NCBI RefSeq assembly: GCF_009834535.1
Contig: NC_045696.1
Coordinates: 39,682,001 to 39,742,000 of the forward strand
Length of the DNA stretch: 60,000 nt
DNA from: Camelus ferus
Taxonomy: Eukaryota
Reading direction: 5' to 3'
Shown here: piece after piece, positions 1 through 12,511 of the stretch
Layout: every line of letters starts with the position of its first letter
Position numbering within the stretch: position 1 is the stretch's first letter
Position numbers and translations under genes: made by a program
The notes under the pieces: model-generated
Database searches by the model: none
What the model saw: only the letters and a program-made list of their open reading frames with translations
Told to the model about the DNA's origin: nothing

Positions 1-479
1 AGTGTCTTGAAGGCTCTTCACTGGAGGCCCCGATTCCACACCGCTGAGAGCTGTTCCAGACGGATGCTGCTGGGGCCCTGTCAGAGCCGGGGGCGACTTC
101 TCACTCACGAGACCCGGGCCAGACCAGAGGCCGTCGCTCATGCTGAAATGCCTCCTTCCCAACTTCTCCTTGGAGTGGATCGTCACCCCCACCTTTCCCT
201 ACTTTAACTAACCTGTGTTGTGTGCTAATTATATGAAGCAAACCAAGTGATTCATGAATTGAATACTGGCTACTGTTTTGTCTCCAATCTTGTGATTCTT
301 ACCAGCCCTGACGGCTCGCCCCTACAACAAACAGGTACCATGGTGGCTAGTTTTCTGCAATGTATCCTCTCCTATTCCAGAGACTCTGGGGTTCACCACT
401 GAGCTCCCAGGACACAGCCAAATACTTGGCATGGAGTAGAAGCCCAAATATTTATTGAACGGCTCAACAAATGAAGCCC

Positions 480-1290
480 CTCCAAACCTGTCATTCCACC
501 AGACTCCCTCCTGCCCTGTTATTTCAACTCATGACATCTCTCCCGCTCTAACTGCACAAGCCAGAATAACCCTAGATCTCCCACCTCTCTCAGCAAGTAG
601 CCAGCCACGCACCCCACCGATGCCCCGGGCAGCTCTTCCCCTGCGTCCCTCTCCCTTTCCTAGAACTGCTGTTACATTCCTATATGGCCTTCGTCATCTC
701 CTAACTCTTCCCTTCGCCTCTTCTAGTCTCTCTCTTCAATCCACCCTCCAAAACTCCTGCCACCACCTTTCTACAATCATCTGGTAATACCACTTGTCTG
801 CTGAACACTGGTCAGTGACTCCCCATCTACGGAACGACGTCGAATCTCTCTCCCCTGAGAACCATCCTGACCTGGGTCTGGACTCTTGTCCACAGTTCGC
901 TCTCAGTGCTCACCCACGGCCAAGTCCCCATGAGGACCCACTCATCTGCCTACAATCCACATCTCTGTGCCTTCGCCCAAGCCATCCCTCAGTCTAGCCA
1001 TTCTCTGTCTTCCTCTTCCAGCCAAATCCAACTTCTCCTTTAAGGCAAAACATGCCACATATGAGGATTACTCTGTAAAAAAGATTTCAGGTAACTCTCA
1101 TGGCCCTTGCACCTGTGGTCCCCAGCAGTCAATCCAGCTCAACATTGGAGATAAGAACCATGTCTCAGCCTTTCATTAAATGTCACTAAAGCACCAACTG
1201 TGTGTCTTCCTAATATGTATATCCTAGTGTGTAACACGGAATTTGATATAATAAAAGGTAGTACTAAGTAACTAACTGTGGAATTGAAGT
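480..1290 (+). mobile_element. Degenerate LINE-2 fragment
   Basis: C/T-rich, with L2-like phrases (caagccagaataacctag, ttctcctttaaggc, tatatcctagtgtgtaacac) and an L2-like 3' end; boundaries approximate. Confidence 0.55.
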
Positions 1291-1458
1291 TTTTTTTTAT
1301 GGGAATAAAGGGGAAAAAGGTATATATTTTTGTTCTAATGAATATCTTAACTCATCCTCTCAAAAAAGTGAATTGTAGTTCATCTTCTATACTTGGTTTC
1401 TATTTCACACTGGAAACACCCTCTCTAGGACCAAGCAGGTGAACTAGTTTGTACTAAC

Positions 1459-1552
1459 CTGTTTCTCCAATGCCAAGCACACACCAGTACAAGGATGAGA
1501 GTGGTGAGGACCATTACTAGCACAGGGACAAGGACTGCGGCCAAGGCTACAT
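1459..1552 (-). CDS. DCBLD2: DCBLD2 exon 13 (transmembrane helix)
   Basis: (D)[30 protein letters not shown](R); acceptor ttttcag, donor AG|gttagt; 94 nt. Confidence 0.97.
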
Positions 1553-2374
1553 CTGAAAAAACAAACAAAAACCACACATTACAACCAAAGGCAGAAATCA
1601 TTAAGGAAAAGAACAAAGATTAACCATACCATCATTCAAAGATTTTCTATCTAAAAAAAAAAAAAGCATAAACATACTTTATGCAATGAGATTGGGTTTG
1701 AAAAATATGGAGTGTTTCAGGCAGCTACTGCCAAGAGCAGACGGAAGAGCTAACCAGGGAAATGGAGAGACACCGGCTGGTCCTGAGGGCCCCACTGAAG
1801 GAGGATCTGGGTGTCACACTGGCACAAACCTGACCATGACATGACTTTTGCCAGCATCCCTCACAGCCTGGATATAGAAATGGAGAAAGGGGAAGTGCAC
1901 ATACGGTGATTCAGGCTAGAAAGCACTGAGAATTCTGAGAAGTAAATGGTGCTTTATCCCTAAAATAATCTGTGAAACTGGAGAGAGAAAAATCAGGTTC
2001 AGATTGATACAGTTGGAGTTAATCAGAGGCAACAAAGGATATTCTTAGGTCCAAAAAAATTAAAAGTCTATATACTACCATTCCAAAGAAAGGGAGACAG
2101 AGGTCTTTAATCAAAGAGATCTGTACGTTCTTTGTCATTATTTTAAAGCTTACAGGGATCCTAGTTCTGGAAGAAAATGCTTTAAGGACACTTTTAGTCT
2201 TGAGATTTTAAAATTGTATAGTCAGATTCTAAGATGAACAGCACTTTTAAATGACTATTCTTCCATCCGAGTACATGGTCTGGGATTCCGCCCAAACACA
2301 TACTTTCTGTAAAAGGACAGCTCTTTGTGGGATGCTGTAATTTCTTGTCTCTGTGGACTCGTGCTTCTCTTTGG

Positions 2375-2877
2375 TGTGGACAAGAAAAAAACATTACCTG
2401 CCATTTCAGTAATCAAGAATGTTGCCATCAAGTCATTAGCCACTATTCCCGCCCCTGACCCCGCCAGCCCACAGTGCACCCTGAGAGGATTCAGGATGGA
2501 GAAAAACAGGACACTGGCCCTAAATCGCTAAGATACACATCAGAGGAATCATTTCAATAAGCCCAGACTCTTGCATCTTCTCATACAAAGAAAAGCACTA
2601 AAATCATTAACTTGAGATGTCTGTGTTTATGATTAGCAGTCACCTTTTGATGTTTTGACTCCATATTTTCTTTTTATTGCTTTGTCCCGTTCCCCCCCCC
2701 ACCCCCCGGCAAAAACTCCTATACATCCTGCTCCTTCCTCAACTCTTTGGAACAGTCTCTCAGAGCTACCTAAGAGGCTGTATCTCAGGCTATACTTCTT
2801 GGTAAGGCCACCAAATAAAACATAATTCTCAATTTTTAGGTTGTGTGTGTGTGTGTTTTCATTTTTTTTAGTGGACA
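2375..2877 (+). mobile_element. Solo LTR, ERV1-like (~500 bp), in intron 12, antisense to DCBLD2
   Basis: TG...CA ends with imperfect inverted termini (tgtggacaagaaaaaaa ... tttttttagtggaca), a TATA-like cctataca near 2718, and AATAAA at 2814-2819 followed by a GT-rich tract. Confidence 0.75.
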
Positions 2878-3744
2878 CCAGGTTTTCCTGCAGCATGAGA
2901 AATAAATTGGTCCATATGGAAATGCTTTAGAAGACAGGAAAGAAACTGACATCTGGAAAGTTGGAGAAAGTTATCTGAATCAGACAACTTATCAGAAAAT
3001 GAGAATGATGAACGTTCTATGTGATACAAGTTACTCTGACTCGCTTTCTCTTCTCTGCATTGCCTGAAAATTAGTGTCGACACTGAAATCAACTCCTCTG
3101 TGACGCTGATGCTTTTTATTCCTGGATTCAGCTGAAAAAAATTTTCAACTAGTAAAATCAAAGAGCTAGTATGTTTCATACGAATAACAAAATTTGAAAG
3201 CAAATTCTACTAAAACAATTATATTTATAATCTGAAAAAATAAACATTTTTAAAAGAGAGACCAAAGTTTTTATTTTAATAAATACATTAACAAAGTACT
3301 TTCTTTAAAAGGTATTAATTTTCACCAAAACTTCTGTTTTTCTTTTCTTCTTTCCTTTTTTGTACCAAGTTCCCTATCCAGCAAATTAATATATGATCAG
3401 AAAAAGTCTGTTTCCTGCTATGGTTTCAGTTATTTCTAGAACATTATCTAACTTTGAAACTCCCTGTGGTTAGCTGTAGAGGGAAAAAAGTTGTAGGAGG
3501 AAGCCTGGAACACAGCACCCATCTCTCAACATGTAAAGAGCCATCTCACATGGCATCAGAGTACCACTCAGAGCAATGCAAACATTTTTTTCCATAAGGA
3601 AGGGAATCAAATTTTTTTGCTATACTTAAAACACAGAGGGGGAAAAAAACAGAAGGTTTTAAAGCTGGAAAAGTTTCTGAAAACTTAGGTTAAAAACAAA
3701 ACCCCCACTACGATGAACAGGTATTAATTTTCAGAGCTGCGTAC

Positions 3745-3870
3745 CTTTGGTGACATTTGGAGTTACGGTAGTATTCTTGATTTCAGGAGTGGCAGTTGTT
3801 TGCTCTGTCTGTGCAGGAAATTCATTCCTACTTCGAGGTTGCAGTGGTTGAGTAAATTTGGGGGCACGAC
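3745..3870 (-). CDS. DCBLD2: DCBLD2 exon 12 (Pro/Thr-rich stalk)
   Basis: (G)[41 protein letters not shown]; acceptor ttcaag, donor G|gtacgc; 126 nt, phase 1-1. Confidence 0.96.
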
Positions 3871-4019
3871 CTTGAAAAAAGTTTAAAAAATTCTTTATAT
3901 TCTTTTACCTACACCCACTTGATTAAAATAGTTATATCATAATGCTTTTAAATATATTTATGGAAAATTATACCACAAGTCCAGGGAATATCAAATTCTC
4001 ACGTTTAAAGCAGGCATAC

Positions 4020-4106
4020 CTTTGGCTATTTTGGGAGGAGCTGTAGTGTTTTTGAGGTCATTGCTGTTCCGAGGAGGTGGAGGTTGAGTAAGTTTTGGAG
4101 GACGAC
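4020..4106 (-). CDS. DCBLD2: DCBLD2 exon 11 (Pro/Thr-rich stalk)
   Basis: (G)[28 protein letters not shown]; acceptor ttcaag, donor G|gtatgc; 87 nt, phase 1-1. Confidence 0.96.
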
Positions 4107-4894
4107 CTTGAAAAATGGTTTAGAAAAGTTTATACATTTTGCTATAAAAATCATAGTTAAAAATAGTATTTTAAGTATCTTTAACACTTCCCAGAGTACT
4201 TGATTCTTCACAGTAATTTTAAATCTCAGAGAGAACTACATCAGAAGGATAAATAAATTCTACATTAAATGCACAAATATACTGGGATTTCTGGGTTTTT
4301 AAATGATTGTCTAAAAATAATCTTCTCTGGAAAGAGAGTAACAGGGAGGAGGATGACGCTGAATGGTAAAGCTATAAACATTTCATCACGATATGATTCC
4401 GTACTCATTCAATTCATTTAATAAATATCTTTGGAGGGCCCACTATGTGTTAGGCACAGTTTTGGGGGATACAACAGTAAACAAAGTACTAAAATATTAT
4501 ATAATTCTAAAGGACATTATTCCCATTTTAAATTTATTCAAAGTAAAAGGCACTTAGACTTAGGTTAGTGTTACAATCATCAGGCACTTATGTGACACAA
4601 AGACTATATAAGATCTAATTAAAAACTCAGGCTTGAGACTAGATTTGGAAAACAGTCTCACTGCATTTTCTCAGCAGTGATGCTCTCTCTTCTTTCTTCC
4701 ATCTGTAATTTTGGAAACCAGTTTGATACCTAATATGATATTCAATAGGGATAACTACTACTTTTTAAAAATCTCTTTAAGAAGATACTGTAACTAGAGG
4801 ATAAACATTCACATTATTATTATTTTTTCTGAGAAGAGTACATTTTTAATTAATCCAGTGAAAATAACATGTCTTAAACCATACTGTTGTTTAC

Positions 4895-5045
4895 CTTTAG
4901 GAATAAACTGACATCCAAGCAGTTCCATTTTCATGGCAATTTTCTGCTGCCATTGGGTGGGATTCACTCTAATAAAACGTGCAATAATTGGTGGCAGAAA
5001 GTTATTACGCACATTCTGGTGATAATCTTTGTTTCCTTGAAATAT
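4895..5045 (-). CDS. DCBLD2: DCBLD2 exon 10 (end of F5/8 type C)
   Basis: [50 protein letters not shown]; acceptor tttaaag, donor G|gtaaac; 151 nt. Confidence 0.97.
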
Positions 5046-6804
5046 CTTTAAAAAAAACAACAAAAAATTGGTACTTTACATCAACAGAGGCCAGGGCTAA
5101 AATGCTCCACTGAAACACGTTCATGATTTTTGCTCTGGGCCTTAAATGAGCTCTGCAAAGTATGACAATAGGCATTAATTTCTAAGAAAATAAATAAATC
5201 ATAATTTGGAAAAACTAGTAAGAAGCTGCATATTCTTCACCAAAAATTTATAAAAGGAAAATACAGAATATAAAAATGATTTTAAGATGACTTAAACATA
5301 ACGAAAGTGCTAACTTGGCAATTTGGGAAGAGGGTTCCAATTGTAGTGCACAGGATATTGCGTTAATAAATTAGTAATCTAGTCCTGTGGAATCATTAAC
5401 TATTTAAATATATTAATTTTATTTTCAAAGTAAAGCATAATTGAACGTATGAGTTCTTAGAGGAAAAGTGGACTTTTTACTGTGTACTTTTCACACTTTT
5501 TCTCTCAACAAATAGACTGAAAGTGAACATGCGCTAATGAACACATAACCCCACCTACTGGATAAACTACATGAACACAGCTCCTATATTATCCATTTTC
5601 ATTTCTTGTTGCTATTGAACCAGAAAAGTGACTCCGTTCACTGCCTAATTTAATCATCTTAACTAAACAGCCACAGGTGCAGTATATGAATATCTTTAAG
5701 TAAAAATATACTTCAAGTGAATACCTAATTCCCATGACCATTTCAAGCAAACAATAATAGTATCTCACACTGAAACAGGTCTTAACATTCATAAAGCATT
5801 CTCATATAATTAACTCAGATGCTCTTCATGACAACCCTACAAAACAGGCAGAAGCCAGAAAACTGCAGCTTATGGAATGGAAATGCACTGCACAGCCAGT
5901 CAATTTGGAGCAGTGATTTGAATGTGCCCTCTGACTTAAGCACAGGGCTCCACCAAGCAAACAAGAGCCCTCCTTGTCCCTTAAGGCCAAATCACCTAGG
6001 TAGTTTCTAAAGACCATTAATAGTCACCTGTCTAAAATCAAAGTGGCTTTTTATCAGTTAATGTGAGAACAAGAAAATGTTTAAGTCCTCAGTCAAATTG
6101 TTTCCAAAAATTATAGCTATTTTCTTCCTGGCTGATTCAAATGCCATTATGTTATAAACTTTTAAATGTGTAAAAAACTTCATTTTGTAAGAAGTTGGAA
6201 GTTACAACAATATCCAAACTAGTGAGCTTCCATTATTTCCTCAGATATTATTCTGAAATAAAATGAAGGCAATTATTTGCAGTCTATTATACTAGTGGAA
6301 GAGAAACAATAACTAAGTATCATTTTAGGACATTAAAAACTATCCCTGAAATTTTACTCCATATTACAGTCTCATTTTCATAAAAATCTTACAGGAGAAA
6401 AATTTTATAAGAACTAAGTTAAAAAGATTTGCTGTATTTAACCTATGAGCATTTATTATGAACCTCCATGTAGTGGCGGGGATCACAAGGTGCCATGAAG
6501 GTAAAATGGAAACGAAGTCAAGGTTTCCACTCTCAAGGAATTTAAGTTTTATTGGATATTACCACACACAAATATGGCATAATATTAAAAAGCAATATTT
6601 AATGAGAACAACTTGTATATACATCCCCATTTCCTGAAAACAAAGCCAAAAGCTGCCTCAGTCTGTGTATGTGCTCATGCATGTGTGCACGCTTAGAAAG
6701 GGTATGAAAATGTACCACTTACCCCTGAGCTGGGGGTAGATGAGAGAGCAGATAGATGAACATAACTGAGGCAAAATATTATTATTTCATCTAATTCAAT
6801 GTAA

Positions 6805-8290
6805 GGATTTCCACTTTTACCTATGATAGACTAACAGGGACTGGATTCACCCTTCTGCCTTAAACATCTGAAAAACTGAATAAAATACAAGAAACAATGG
6901 TTTCCAGATACGGGACAGCAGGCACATAGGGCAATAATAATCCCAAGAGAATACAAACAAAAGAGGTGAACCCCTCTACTGCCCCAGTAGCGCCTGGAGA
7001 GAGCCTGGTGGTCTCAGTGAGTTGAGGAGAGTGCTCAGAGATAAGAGAATAAGGCAGCTAGAATCTGCAGGACAGAGTATGGGAGAGGCAAGAACTGTAC
7101 AGACAGAGACTTCTATGATCTGTAGGGGTTTTCCCTTAAACAGCCAACCTATCTGTGGACAGGGAAAAAAGAAAAAAAAAAAAAAAAAACACAACACTGG
7201 AAAGAAGCCAGTAGAACAATTCTCAGAGTTATTCAGGGCCAGGCCAGCTCCTACTGCCAAAAGAGTGGAGAAACCTTCTAATACATGAAGCGTGGAGTTG
7301 AGTTCTTAGAACAGTATTGTCTCAGCAGAGGGGAAAAATCAGGACCAAAGCTGCTCAGGTCCTGCCTGAAAAAGCTATAATGAAAAGACTGAAACAATCA
7401 AATGATTCCCAAGCAACTTAACTGCATCTCAAAATAAAGCTAGAAAATATTTAAAGGAGGAATAGCAAAAAAAGAAATCTGACACCAAACAATATAAATT
7501 TCACAATGTCTGGCCAATGAAAAATTACCTGGTATGTAAAAGGACCCATAATACCAATCGATATAAAAAGACTCGGATATGACACACTGATAGATAGATA
7601 AGTGCATTAAAAGGGTTAGTATATAACCAGGCGCTTTACAGGTAAAGAAAAGCTACATTAGGAGAGACATGGAAGAAATTTAAAAAATGCAAAACTGAAA
7701 ATTTAGATGTGAAAAATATAATGTTGGAGATAAAAATACACTGGATAGGATTAACAGCACATTAGACATTGCAGAAGAATAGATTAGTGAACTTGAAGAC
7801 AAAACAATAAAATTTTCCAAACTGGAACATGGAGAGAAAAAGATTGAAAAAAATAAATAAACAAGCACCAGTGAACTGGATACATCTTCAAGTTTCACAA
7901 TATTCATGTAATTAGAATCGAGGAGGCAATGTATTTCAAGAAGAAATGGTCTACAATTTTCTAAATCGGATACAAATTATAACCCACAGATCCAAGAAGT
8001 TCAAAGAAGCCCAAGAAGAAGAAACAGGAAGACAACTATACAAAGGTACATCATAATCTAACTACTTACAATAAATGATAAAAAGAAAATCTCAAAAGTA
8101 GCCAAGAGAAAGAAAAGACACATTACACACTGAGGAACAAAGGTAAGAATCATAGCAGAATTCTTGCTGAAAACAATGCAAACCAGAAAGCAATGGACCA
8201 GGATATTCAACGTATTCAAAGAAAAAACTGTCAACTTAGAATTCTATACCTAGTGAAATGACCTTCCAAAAAGGAAACAAAAAAAGGTTT
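6805..8290 (+). mobile_element. Old L1 (L1M-type) 5'UTR/ORF1 fragment
   Basis: ORF1-like motifs (ttagacattgcagaagaatagattagtgaacttgaagac, aacccacagatccaagaagttcaa, tgtcaacttagaattctatacctagtgaaa), A-rich and riddled with stops. Confidence 0.85.
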
Positions 8291-9506
8291 TCAGAAATAT
8301 AATTCAATGTTGTTAGATGTTTTTATAATAAGCATGGATAACACTTATAATTTCAAAAAAACTATATTCTGCCAAGTATGCCAAGTGTTATTAAACAAAT
8401 AAATACGGATGTGCCAATAGTAAAAAGCAGTCAAGTTTGTGGGATTCAGCAGAAGCAAGTTAGTATAGAGACAATGCTGTTATCTGCCTCACAGGTAAAG
8501 TCTCACCAAAGCAGAAGTTTGTGTGATAGCAAGCAGAAGAGAGGAAAGCAGCCCCTGAATAACAGCATGAGAGAGCTTAGATCCATATGAAAAATTAAAG
8601 GGAGCCCCTGGGGTTTTCTGAACAGAGAGATGAGAAAAGTGGTAACTGAAAATATATTAGCAAATCATATAGAGAGAGAGAGCTGATGGTATCGTATAAC
8701 TGGAACAAAACTCATAGGGAGGTTTCATTGAAAACAATGTGCTCATGGTTTCAATTCTAGACGAGAGGCATCCACCTTCCTTGGGGACAGGGACTCCCGC
8801 AGTTACAGGCCTTGTGGTGGGTGGATCAAGGGCCAGGAGGCCGGGTGAAAGTACTAGCACCCAGCTGAGAGCCACCTCTGCTTACTCTCGCTCTGCCCCT
8901 TATCTGTCCTGGCACACCCCAGCACTGTCATTATTTGCTAACTAAAACAATGGTTCACAATCACAGAAGTTAAGAAAATTCTTCAGGTAGAGAAATTTGC
9001 TGTTTTCTAAGACAAAAGCTGGTGAGGTGATCCTGAAATGACCTTTCAGGCCTATAACATCCCATAATTTAATGCCCTTGTGCCTTTAGCTCTTTTGTCT
9101 TTTGTCCCCCACTTGCCTACAGAGTAGAAATCTGGGAACAAATTAGATTCTCTATTATTCTGTGGAGTGATAAGAAAAGCTTTTTAAAGACAAGAAATTA
9201 AAGTTTCTTTTTAGAATTTCTTCATAAAGTATTTAAGCAACTGAATTAAAAATGTAGTGGACAAACACCAGGAAAGTGCTCAACTTTACAGTCATTCAAA
9301 AGGGACCTAGTAGCACTGAGAATTTCCTAACCATAGACAGAAGGGTAAGGCCACTAACACTACCTAAAATAACCAGAAGAGGGCAGAGTAAGATCAAATG
9401 ATATCTAATTTTTATATCACACAGGAAGAGCCTCTGTGACTTCTGGCAAAGGCCCATTAAAAAAAAAAAAAAAAGTTCTTTAAAAATACTTTGGTAATCA
9501 TTTTAC

Positions 9507-9631
9507 CTTATCCTGCTCCACACCAGGCTCTCTGTACACAGTCCATCTCTGCCCATCATCACTGTAGAGAATTTTGTAGGCTGACACGTAGTAATTGTGC
9601 TCCACCATGGTGGAGCCAGTGGTTACAATGC
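9507..9631 (-). CDS. DCBLD2: DCBLD2 exon 9 (F5/8 type C)
   Basis: (G)[41 protein letters not shown]; acceptor ttcccag, donor AAG|gtaaaa; 125 nt. Confidence 0.97.
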
Positions 9632-10389
9632 CTGGGAATGGAGAGTTCCTTCATTAGTGCTCACAGTCTGGTCCTCATTTTTGTTCATCACCAAAGCATA
9701 AACACCTAGTACGCAGTGTGCCAACATTTCTGTCTATGGCACACTACCATTCCTAAGTGCAAGGTTCCACACCATGATAGTAACTAAATCTTTGGCTTTG
9801 TTGGCTTGCAGAGACAGAAGAATTATGGGCGCACACAAGGAAAGCTTATGGCAGCCTGTGTGTATGTCACTGCAAAATATATTTCACCGACTGAGTAAGA
9901 ATGACTTCCTGGGAATGAATAGATGAAAGATGATTACTGGCATTATTTTTGGTACCAAAGCAAAATAAATCTTTAACAAAATTATCTAAACTAATCCTAA
10001 ACAATTACTCTGACCATTTGCTAAGCTGTTCTACATAAATTTATACTTGCACACATGGAATATTGTTTGTCGCACTTAAAATGGAGTCCTTGAAAGTAAA
10101 TTTCTCTTAATAACTGTAAAAGATAGTTATTTCAGATGTTTCAAGATTACCTTACTGAAAAACTACCTCAAAAGAATCTTATTACAATGAAAAAGAAAAG
10201 CTTTTACCAACTCCTCTCCTTCGCCATGCTTTGTAAGACCCTTTTCAGTAATATTAACACCAGTAAAGAAAATGTAAAACCACAGAATTAAATTTGCAGT
10301 GACTTAATTTTCTTTAAAATTCTTAGAGGTCACCAGGTTTCCAAATGAAATCACTATTATAAACCATCTAGAAAATAATGTCTCTTAAC

Positions 10390-10605
10390 CTGTGATCTTC
10401 TTTTCCTTGTTCAGATCTATTTGTAACCACTGATACTCATCAGTGGCAAAAGCAGCCCAAGGAGGTCCAGGTTTTTTCAGCCTGGCCTTTTCAGGTTTCC
10501 AGCTGTTCTCCTGCCCCGTGTGGTCCGTCCACTCCAGCACAGATGAGGCCGTTATTTGAGGATTGGCAATCACGCCGGATTCCATCCCCAGTGTTCCATA
10601 ACAAC
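10390..10605 (-). CDS. DCBLD2: DCBLD2 exon 8 (F5/8 type C discoidin domain)
   Basis: (G)[71 protein letters not shown]; acceptor tttcag, donor G|gttaag; 216 nt. Confidence 0.97.
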
Positions 10606-10869
10606 CTGAAACAGAAGAAAATAAACTGGCTTCCAGATGTAAACCCAAAATCCATAAACACTTGTTCGTTGGAAACTCTGTATTGTACCTTTAATTAACA
10701 TACACTATGCTAACAGCATACTGTAATAGAGGATTTCAAAAGCAGGCAAATGCTTCCTGCGTCTGTATCTCTGTGTCTCATCAGGGAACATACAGACATA
10801 TTTATTCACAACAATGACCATTAGTTTAATGGCAACACATTACCCCCTCCCTGGGATACTCGCCCCACT

Positions 10870-11220
10870 TCAGTGGGCAACTCACGCCTCTCCCTCCCTC
10901 GGGGGTTTGCTCAGATGTCATATTCTCCATGAAGCCTGCCCTAACCCCACTTTAAACTTCAAACCAGTCCCTCCTGCAATGCCTGTCCTCTCTCCTTGCC
11001 TTATTTTTCTACATCTTTTATACTATTATAAACAGCACATTATAAACATTCATTTACTTATCCAATGTTTATTGTCAATCTCTCACTACCCAAATGTAAG
11101 CTCCAGGAAAGCAGAATTTTATTTATTCTGCTAACTTTTGTTTCACTAGCAGCAGAACACTGCCTGCCTAATAGACTGAAAAAAGGCACTCAATATCTGT
11201 TCTGTTGAATGAGTTAATTA
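10870..11220 (+). mobile_element. LINE-2 3' end
   Basis: gctcagatgtca...gaagcctgccct...aatgtaagctccaggaaagcag...actcaatatctgttctgttgaatgagt. Confidence 0.8.
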
Positions 11221-11464
11221 CTTCAGACATTCTCTAAGAAAATTCCTTGCTTTCATGATCACATCCCTAGTAATATAAAACCTCTAGTTTATTACATTAA
11301 GTACCTATCTAACCTCTTCACTGAGTTATTGTGATGACCAAATGAGAAAGTACAACAACAACAAAACAGCCCAGCAATTGGCAACATGCCTGACGCACAA
11401 TATTCAAAAAAATATTGGCTACTATACAAATTATAATAAGGTATAAAGTCCATGAGAAGCTTAC

Positions 11465-11505
11465 CACTTGTTTTAAATGTAAAAAGACTTGTAGATAAGT
11501 GTCCC
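11465..11505 (-). CDS. DCBLD2: DCBLD2 exon 7 (end of LCCL)
   Basis: GHLSTSLFTFKTS; acceptor ctttcag, donor G|gtaagc; 41 nt; restores the frame between exons 6 and 8. Confidence 0.94.
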
Positions 11506-11658
11506 CTGAAAGAGAGAAAGGGTTTTTTTGGTTACACTCATATAACACATGACTGCCTCCAATTTGTCTTTCACCAAAAACTTCTTTTGTTTATTTCACT
11601 GTATAAAGAACTAAGAATAGTCTATGGCTACATATTAGACAACTGATATATTGTTCTT

Positions 11659-11661
<3 letters not shown>

Positions 11662-11689
<28 letters not shown>
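11662..11689 (+). repeat. Poly(A)28 homopolymer (poly-T on the transcribed strand, ~155 nt upstream of the exon 7 acceptor)
   Basis: Directly visible run of A. Confidence 0.95.
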
Positions 11690-12331
11690 GGTCTCATTTC
11701 TAACCAAGCAGAGTAACTTCTAACTCAGCATAAACAATTTTCTCTACAAGCATCCAGTGCCTAGCTTCATACATGATTATGCAAGTGCATCCATGTAACT
11801 GTAATATGTACTAATATTACTTCTTCTTCATGAAATAAACTGATCCTTAAAATGTTTCTGTGGCAACTGCTTTTGGTGGAATAATTCTCAGAGAAAGAGG
11901 CTCAAGTTTCCCAGGACAAACAGAAGAAAAGCTGGCTATTAATAAGAGACTTCATTTGTTGCAAGACATCAGTCTGTCTACGAACAAGTTTCGTGTTACA
12001 TCGGAGCACTGCATTTGGATTTCAAAGTCACTGGCAGAAGAGGTGCTTCCGGAGAATGCAGGGGTGGGACGAGTGATTAGTTCCCCATAAGGAGGTTAAA
12101 GGACACCGAGGAACTTTGAGGGATAAAACCATCCATACTCCTGCTCCTGCCTTTAGCACAACATTCAAACCATTATAAGTGGATGCAACCTACCCGGTTT
12201 TTTTTAAAAGTATGCAAGAAAGAACTCATGAAAAAAAAAATCTTTCTAAAGGTAGAATAGTGGAAAGGAGTGAAATGATCTGCATAAAATCATCTAGAAG
12301 AAACCAGAAATTAAAGTAGCCGACTCTATAC

Positions 12332-12511
12332 CAGGGGTGGGCAAATGACAGCCCCAGGCATGGCCTATTCTGTATGACCAGGGAGCTCAGAATGCTTTTT
12401 ACATGGTTAAAAAGTTGTAAATAAAATGACAGAGAGTCAATGACAGGTATGTGGCCCATAAAGCCTAAAATATCGTTAGCTGGCCCTCTACAAAAAGTCT
12501 GCTGCCTCCTG
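12332..12511. mobile_element. MER58-like hAT-Charlie MITE
   Basis: Termini caggggtgggcaaa ... tctgctgcctcctg; internal gtggcccataaagcctaaaatat; degenerate 8-bp TSD ctctatac/ctttgcac. Confidence 0.85.

Noticed and set aside
1..210. CpG-rich patch (about 10 CpGs) as a promoter or as DCBLD2 exon 14
   Set aside because: It does not encode the expected cytoplasmic juxtamembrane peptide, is too short for a CpG island, and partly resembles L2.
4533..4894. Soluble DCBLD2 isoform by read-through of the exon 10 donor (28 extra residues, stop near 4809, AATAAA on the minus strand at 4533-4538), by analogy with soluble neuropilins
   Set aside because: Short read-through and an AATAAA hexamer are expected by chance in AT-rich introns. 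There is no support without 3'-end RNA data.
8650..8890. GC-richer segment possibly an LTR or cryptic exon
   Set aside because: I could not match it to any family or find convincing termini or splice signals by eye.
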